32,000 nucleotides of DNA from Longivirga aurantiaca (GTDB taxonomy: Bacteria > Actinomycetota > Actinomycetes > S36-B12 > CAIYMF01), in contig NZ_JBHSTI010000008.1 in NCBI RefSeq assembly GCF_042660085.1, positions 2,175,604 to 2,207,603 of the forward strand, given 5' to 3'. Positions 27,077-32,000 of the stretch are shown in pieces. Each line of letters begins with the position of its first letter. The first letter of the stretch is position 1. The notes beneath the pieces were generated by a model, which had not been told where the DNA came from, searched no databases, and saw nothing but the letters and a program-made list of their open reading frames with translations. Made by a program: the position numbers and the translations under genes.

Positions 27077-28360
27077 TCAGCCGCGCACGTGCCCGTCGCC
27101 GGTGACGACGTACGTCGTGCTCGTCAGCTCCGCGAGGCCCATGGGGCCGCGGGCGTGCAGCTTCTGGGTGGAGATGCCGATCTCCGCACCGAAGCCGAAC
27201 TCGGCGCCGTCGGTGAAGCGGGTTGACGCGTTGACCATGACCGCTGCGGAGTCGACGCCGGTGATGAAGGCCTGGATGGCCGACGCCGAGTCGCTCACGA
27301 TCGCCTCGGTGTGCCCGGACGACCAGCGGCGGATGTGGGTGAGCGCGGCGTCGAGGTCCTCGACGACGCCGGCGGCGATGTCGAGCGAGTAGTACTCCGC
27401 CGCCCAGTCCTCGTCGGTGACGGGCGCGAACGCGATCCCTGCGGCCTCGGCGTACGGCGCCATCCGGGCGTCGCCGTGGATCGTGACGCCCTTGTCGCGC
27501 AGGGCCGACAGCGCGCGCGGCAGGAAGGCGTCGGCCACGTCGGCGTGCACCAGGAAGGTCTCCGCGGTGTTGCACACGCTCACGCGCTGCGTCTTGGCGT
27601 TGACGAGGATCGCGACGGCCTTGTCGAGGTCGGCCGCGGCGTCGACGTAGACGTGGCAGTTGCCCACCCCCGTCTCGATCACCGGCACGGTGGACTCCTC
27701 GACGACGCTGCGGATCAGCCCCGCTCCCCCGCGCGGGATCAGCACGTCGACCAGGCCGCGCGCGGTCATGAGGTGCTTCACCGACTCGTGCGTGGTGCCG
27801 GGCACGAGCGCGATCGCGTCGGCGGGCAGGCCTGCGGCCACCAGCGCCTCGCGCATCACCTCGACCAGGACCACGTTCGTGCCGTACGCCGACGAGCTGC
27901 CGCGCAGCAGGGAGGCGTTGCCGCTCTTCAGGCACAGCACCGCGGCGTCGACGGTGACGTTCGGGCGCGCCTCGTAGATCATCCCGACGACGCCGAGGGG
28001 CACGCGCACCTGCCGCACGTCGAGGCCGTTCGGGAGCGCGTAGCCGCGGACGACCTCGCCGACGGGGTCGGGCAGGGCTGCGACGTCGCGCGCGGCGTCC
28101 GCGATCGCGTGCAGGCGGTCCGGCGTCAGGGTGAGCCGGTCGACGATCGCGGGGTCGGTGCCGTTCTCGACCGCTCGCGCGACGTCGACCGCGTTGGCCG
28201 CCACCACGCGGTCGGTGGCGGCGTCGAGGGCATCGGCGATCGCGAGCACCGCGGCGTCCTTCTGGCTGCGGCGCAGCGCGCGCAGCGTGACGGCTGCCTC
28301 GCGGGCCGCGCGGGCGACCTCGTGGACGGCGTCGCGGTCGCTGCTGGTGTTCTCGCTCAC
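27077..28360 (-). CDS. proA: Gamma-glutamyl phosphate reductase
   Basis: 427 aa with typical ProA motifs: [29 protein letters not shown], the catalytic Cys context [13 protein letters not shown], and [32 protein letters not shown]. Confidence 0.95.
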   Translation of the reverse strand: MSENTSSDRDAVHEVARAAREAAVTLRALRRSQKDAAVLAIADALDAATDRVVAANAVDVARAVENGTDPAIVDRLTLTPDRLHAIADAARDVAALPDPVGEVVRGYALPNGLDVRQVRVPLGVVGMIYEARPNVTVDAAVLCLKSGNASLLRGSSSAYGTNVVLVEVMREALVAAGLPADAIALVPGTTHESVKHLMTARGLVDVLIPRGGAGLIRSVVEESTVPVIETGVGNCHVYVDAAADLDKAVAILVNAKTQRVSVCNTAETFLVHADVADAFLPRALSALRDKGVTIHGDARMAPYAEAAGIAFAPVTDEDWAAEYYSLDIAAGVVEDLDAALTHIRRWSSGHTEAIVSDSASAIQAFITGVDSAAVMVNASTRFTDGAEFGFGAEIGISTQKLHARGPMGLAELTSTTYVVTGDGHVRG

Positions 28361-28396
28361 GGGGTCGAGGGTACCGGCGACGCTCCGCCCACCTGC

Positions 28397-29689
28397 TCAG
28401 ACCGGCGTCTCCTCGACCTCGGCGCCGCGCCGGGCGGCCTCGCGCCGCCGTCGCGAGTCGAGGAGCAGCATCACCGGCGTCGCCGTGATCCCATGGACGA
28501 CGATCGAGCCCACGACCACGAGAGCGGTGACGGACCAGATGTAGTCGCCCGCGGGGAAGTCGCCCTCGCTGAGCGCGAAGGCGACGTAGAAGAACGAGCC
28601 CACGCCCCGGACGCCGAAGAAGGCGATGACTGCTCGCTCCCGTGGACCGGTCTTGCCCGGCGTGAGCCCGATCCACCCGGCGAGCGGGCGGACGACGAGC
28701 AGCACCGCCGCGGCCACCACGATCTCGCTCCACCCGATGCCCACGAGCAGCCCGCGACCGACGGCGCCGCCGAGCAGCACGATCACGACGACGGTGAGGA
28801 TGCGTTCGATCTGCTCGACGAAGGTGTGCAGCACCACGTGGTACCCGTGCTGCCGCTCGGCTGCGCGGAGGGTGCAGGCGCAGACGAACACCGCGATGAA
28901 GCCGTAGCCGTGGATCGCCTCCGCAACGCCGTAGGCCATGAAGGTGGCTGCGATCGCCACGAACCCCTCGGACTTCTCGGCGAGGTGGAAGCGCTCGGCG
29001 AGGGTCGAGAAGAACAGGTGACCGAGCAGCCACCCCACGGCCAGACCGGTCGCGATGCCGGCCCCCAGCCTCCAGAGCACGTCCACCAGCACCCACTGTC
29101 CGAGCCACGCCGCGGGCGCGACACCCACGAGGCTGATGGCCACGGCGGCGTAGGTGAACGGGAACGCGAGCCCGTCGTTGAGCCCGGCCTCGGACGTCAG
29201 GGCGAACCGCGCCTCGTCGTCGGCGGCGTCCTCCTCGGTGACCGGCTCGCTGACCTGCACCTCGGTCGCGAGCACCGGGTCGGTGGGCGCGAGCACCGCG
29301 GCGAGCAGCACGGCGCTCGCCGCTCCGAGGCCGAGCACGGCCCATCCGAGGATGCCGACCGCGAGGATCGACACCGGCATCGTGATCGCGAGCAGCCGCC
29401 AGGTGGAGGACCAGGTGCCCCAGCCCACCGGTCGGTTGAGCGCGAGGCCCGCACCCATGAGCGAGACGAGGACGCAGACCTCGGTCAGGTGCAGGGCGAC
29501 GTCGCTGCCCGCGACCGGATCGGGATCGGGGAGGGCCGGGAAGAGCGCGAACGCCAGGATCCCCGCGCCGAGGAACACCATGGGCATCGACACCGGCACC
29601 CGGCCGAGGAGCTTGGGAAGGAGCGCGGCCGCCAGCGTCGCAAACCCCGCGACGGCGTAGAGCACGCCCGAGCCCTCGATCTCCACCAT
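28397..29689 (-). CDS. Cation:proton antiporter (CPA1, Na+/H+ exchanger family)
   Basis: 430 aa, multi-TM, with LAPTDPVLA and SEAGLNDGLAFPF motifs typical of Na_H_Exchanger proteins. There is no RCK domain. Confidence 0.85.
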   Translation of the reverse strand: MVEIEGSGVLYAVAGFATLAAALLPKLLGRVPVSMPMVFLGAGILAFALFPALPDPDPVAGSDVALHLTEVCVLVSLMGAGLALNRPVGWGTWSSTWRLLAITMPVSILAVGILGWAVLGLGAASAVLLAAVLAPTDPVLATEVQVSEPVTEEDAADDEARFALTSEAGLNDGLAFPFTYAAVAISLVGVAPAAWLGQWVLVDVLWRLGAGIATGLAVGWLLGHLFFSTLAERFHLAEKSEGFVAIAATFMAYGVAEAIHGYGFIAVFVCACTLRAAERQHGYHVVLHTFVEQIERILTVVVIVLLGGAVGRGLLVGIGWSEIVVAAAVLLVVRPLAGWIGLTPGKTGPRERAVIAFFGVRGVGSFFYVAFALSEGDFPAGDYIWSVTALVVVGSIVVHGITATPVMLLLDSRRRREAARRGAEVEETPV

Positions 29690-29806
29690 CTGGCCACCGT
29701 AGGCGCGCAGAGCGCACAGCGGTGCTGACGAGCCGACGAGTTCGTGGAGCAGCGCCGCATCAGCGGGCGGCGTGCGGACCGCCGCGGCCGCCGGGCTCGC
29801 CCACGG

Positions 29807-30142
29807 TCAGAACGGGGCTACGCCGACCAGGCTCATCGGCACGGCAGGCATCCGGCCGCGCCGGTGGAACATGTCGCGGTCGACCACCTCGACGCCGACG
29901 ACCTGCCAGTCCGGGAGGCCGCAGCGCTCCTTGTGCTCGGCCCAGAGGCTGAGGGCGAGGGCGACGACCGACTGGGCGTCGGCCGCCTCCTCCCAGTAGC
30001 GCACCTCGGCGCGGTCGGCGCCGTACCGGCCCGAGAGCAGGAACGGATGGTCGTGGCTGAGGTGCTCCAGCGCGACGCGGATCTCGGGCTCGGCGACGGG
30101 GTCGCCGGCGACGGTGAGCGTGACGTGCCAGAACGGGAACAC
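29807..30142 (-). CDS. Hypothetical protein (111 aa)
   Basis: This is the C-terminal part of ORF 29807..30562; the upstream part overlaps proB in another frame. GC3 is very high in this frame. A GTG start at 30142 follows AGGAGG, 28 nt after the proB stop. No family is recognised (FWHVTLTVAGDP...LSLWAEHKERCGLPDWQVVGVEVV). Confidence 0.6.
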   Translation of the reverse strand: MFPFWHVTLTVAGDPVAEPEIRVALEHLSHDHPFLLSGRYGADRAEVRYWEEAADAQSVVALALSLWAEHKERCGLPDWQVVGVEVVDRDMFHRRGRMPAVPMSLVGVAPF

Positions 30143-30170
30143 GGCTCCTGGCACCTCCTCGCGACCGCGC

Positions 30171-31289
30171 CTACGGGCGTAGGACGACCAGGTCGTCGCG
30201 GTGGACGACCTCCCGCTCGTACGCCGGCCCCAGCTCCCGGGCCAGGTCGCGGGTGGAACGCCCGAGCAGGCCTGGAAGCTCTGTCGAGTCAAAGTTGACC
30301 AGCCCGCGGGCCACGGTGTTGCCGTTTTCGTCGAGCAGGTCCACCGGATCACCCGCGACGAACACGCCGGTGACCGACGTGATGCCGGCAGGCAGCAGCG
30401 AGAGCCGCCGGCGTACGACGGCGTCGACGGCCCCGGGGTCGAGCGTGAGCCCGCCGCGTCCCGCCGTTGCGTGGCGCAGCCAGAGCAGCCGGGTGCCGCT
30501 GCGCTCCCCGGTCGCGTGGAAGAGCGTGCCGACCGCGGCGCCCGAGAGCGCGGACGCCGCATTGTCCGCGCTCGTCAGCACCACCGGGATCCCGGCGGAG
30601 GTCGCGATGCGCGCGGCCTCGACCTTGGTGACCATGCCGCCGAGGCCCACTCCTGATCCGGTGCCGCCGACCTCGACCCCGGCGAGGTCGGACTCCCCGC
30701 GCACGTCGGTGATGAGCGAGGACCCGTCGCGGCTCGGCGGGCCGTCGTACAGCCCGTCGACGTCCGACAGCAGCACGAGGAGGTCGGCCTGCACGAGGTG
30801 GGCGACGAGGGCCGCGAGCCTGTCGTTGTCGCCGAAGCGGATCTCGTCCGTTGCGACGGTGTCGTTCTCGTTGACGATCGGGACGACGCCGAGCTCAAGC
30901 AGCCGGTAGAGGGTGCGCTGCGCGTTGCGGTAGTGGCTGCGGCGGATCACGTCCTCGGCGGTGAGCAGCACCTGGCCGACCGTGCGGCCGTGGCGGGCGA
31001 ACGCGCCGGTGTAGTGGGCGAGCAGGATCCCCTGACCCACGCTCGCTGCCGCCTGCTGGGTGGCGAGGTCGCGCGGACGGCGGCTGATCTTCAGCGTAGG
31101 AAGGCCGGTCGCGATCGCGCCGGAGCTGACCAGCACCAGCTCGACGCCGGCGCCGAGCCGGTCGCCGAGAGCGTCGACCAATGCGTCCACGCGCACGGCG
31201 TCGAGCCCGCCGCCGCGGTTGGTCAGGGACGACGACCCGACCTTCACCACGACGCGCGAGGCCCTGGTGACGACCTGCCGCTTGCCCAC
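30171..31289 (-). CDS. proB: Glutamate 5-kinase with C-terminal PUA domain
   Basis: 372 aa with a GTG start. Motifs are VVKVGSSSLT, PIVNENDTVATDEIRFGDNDRLAA and GGMVTKVEAA. The PUA region reads LLPAGITSVTGVFVAGDPVDL. Confidence 0.95.
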   Translation of the reverse strand: MGKRQVVTRASRVVVKVGSSSLTNRGGGLDAVRVDALVDALGDRLGAGVELVLVSSGAIATGLPTLKISRRPRDLATQQAAASVGQGILLAHYTGAFARHGRTVGQVLLTAEDVIRRSHYRNAQRTLYRLLELGVVPIVNENDTVATDEIRFGDNDRLAALVAHLVQADLLVLLSDVDGLYDGPPSRDGSSLITDVRGESDLAGVEVGGTGSGVGLGGMVTKVEAARIATSAGIPVVLTSADNAASALSGAAVGTLFHATGERSGTRLLWLRHATAGRGGLTLDPGAVDAVVRRRLSLLPAGITSVTGVFVAGDPVDLLDENGNTVARGLVNFDSTELPGLLGRSTRDLARELGPAYEREVVHRDDLVVLRP

Positions 31290-31344
31290 GAGCGCACATC
31301 CTGCCAGGGCGGTCGACGTCGGCCCCGGGTGGTATCAACGGCGC

Positions 31345-31641
31345 ATGAGCATCGAGGCGGCCTTCGCCGCGCCGCTGTGGCGCTGGAGCGGCGAGAGCGC
31401 GTGGCACTTCCTCACCGTGCCCGAGGCCGTGAGCGACGACATCCGCTCGTGCGTCGAGCCCGGCCCCGGCTTCGGCTCGGTGCGCGTGACTGTCACCGTC
31501 GGCGCGAGCACCTGGGAGACCTCGGTGTTCCCGGACGCGAAGTCGGGCCGCTACCTGCTGCCCGTGAAGGCCGGCGTACGCCGGAAGGAGCGGATCGAGG
31601 ACGGCGACGAGGTCGACGTGCACCTCGTGGTGCACGTCTGA
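31345..31641 (+). CDS. DUF1905 domain-containing protein
   Basis: 98 aa from an internal ATG of ORF 31060..31641. The pattern WHFLTVPEAVSDDIR...GSVRVTVTVGASTWETSVFPDAKSGRYLLPVKAGVRK is characteristic of DUF1905. The upstream part of the ORF is antisense to proB. Confidence 0.8.
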   Translation: MSIEAAFAAPLWRWSGESAWHFLTVPEAVSDDIRSCVEPGPGFGSVRVTVTVGASTWETSVFPDAKSGRYLLPVKAGVRRKERIEDGDEVDVHLVVHV

Positions 31642-31661
31642 CCCCGCTCGGCGCGTGAATC

Positions 31662-31723
31662 TGCCCCCGGTTTGGTCGTGACTTCACGACCAAACCGCTG
31701 CAGAAGCAGCCAATCCGGGGGCA
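31662..31723. terminator. Nested inverted repeats between convergent DUF1905 and obg genes
   Basis: The inner hairpin is GGTTTGGTCGTGA/TCACGACCAAACC (31669-31696). The outer pair is TGCCCCCGG (31662-31670) and CCGGGGGCA (31715-31723). A small GCTGC-agaa-GCAGC hairpin lies between them. The arrangement fits a bidirectional terminator. Confidence 0.45.
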
Positions 31724-31754
31724 AATCGCCGTGACTGCGCGGGAGGGTGCAGGG

Positions 31755-32000
31755 TCAGTGGCCGAGCAGGCGGTCGTCGCTGCCGCGGGGGCCGCCGAGC
31801 GGCGTGCCGGCGGCGATGGTCGGCTCGAAGTCGAAGACCACGGCGTTGTCCTCCGGGCCGATGACGACCGTGGCACCGGGAACCGCGCCGAGCTCGAGGA
31901 GCTTGTCCTCGACGCCGAGGCGCGCGAGGCGGTCGGCGAGATAGCCCACGGCCTCGTCGTTGGAGAAGTCCGTCTGGCGCACCCATCGCTGCGGGCGCTC
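31755..32000 (-). CDS. obg: GTPase Obg, C-terminal (OCT) domain only; gene continues beyond the window edge
   Basis: The frame stays open to position 32000. The sequence [53 protein letters not shown] is the actinobacterial Obg C-terminal extension. Confidence 0.9.
   Translation of the reverse strand, partial: ERPQRWVRQTDFSNDEAVGYLADRLARLGVEDKLLELGAVPGATVVIGPEDNAVVFDFEPTIAAGTPLGGPRGSDDRLLGH

Overview
This is a very GC-rich, strongly GC3-biased, actinobacterial-type chromosomal segment that is almost fully coding. Long alternative-frame and antisense 'shadow' ORFs are everywhere and were ignored unless the protein sequence was recognisable.

Both ends are housekeeping blocks on the minus strand. 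The left block is plsY-degV-leuS (52-4022). The right block (23332-32000) runs gpgP-like histidine phosphatase, rsfS, LCP/LytR_C protein, nadD, small TM protein, proA, CPA1 antiporter, hypothetical, proB, (DUF1905 on the plus strand), and the obg 3' end. A tRNA-Ala(GGC) lies at 23205-23277.

The roughly 19 kb between them (about 4.2-23.2 kb) looks accessory and centres on sulfate esters and sulfate:
- Locus 1 (minus strand) has an APH-fold kinase, a class-III aminotransferase-fold enzyme and an SGNH hydrolase, tightly coupled. After an 82-nt gap come a large Cys-type arylsulfatase, an intact radical-SAM/SPASM sulfatase maturase (anSME) and a SAM methyltransferase.
- Locus 2 has a SulP/STAS permease divergent from an internally deleted anSME paralog. 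The stop codon of that paralog overlaps the start of a second large arylsulfatase carrying an N-terminal DUF1269-like glycine-zipper membrane module.
- Downstream of locus 2 are a lipoprotein, a 2-TM miniprotein, a PLDc_N/SHOCT-like protein and a second SulP/STAS permease.

No CRISPR array, IS element, integrase or rRNA was seen.

The most noteworthy observations are:
- the decayed or minimised anSME coupled to the DUF1269-sulfatase fusion;
- the kinase plus phospho-lyase-like pair;
- a 200-nt structured, terminator-containing leader in front of leuS;
- signs of decay at the SulP/anSME divergent junction.
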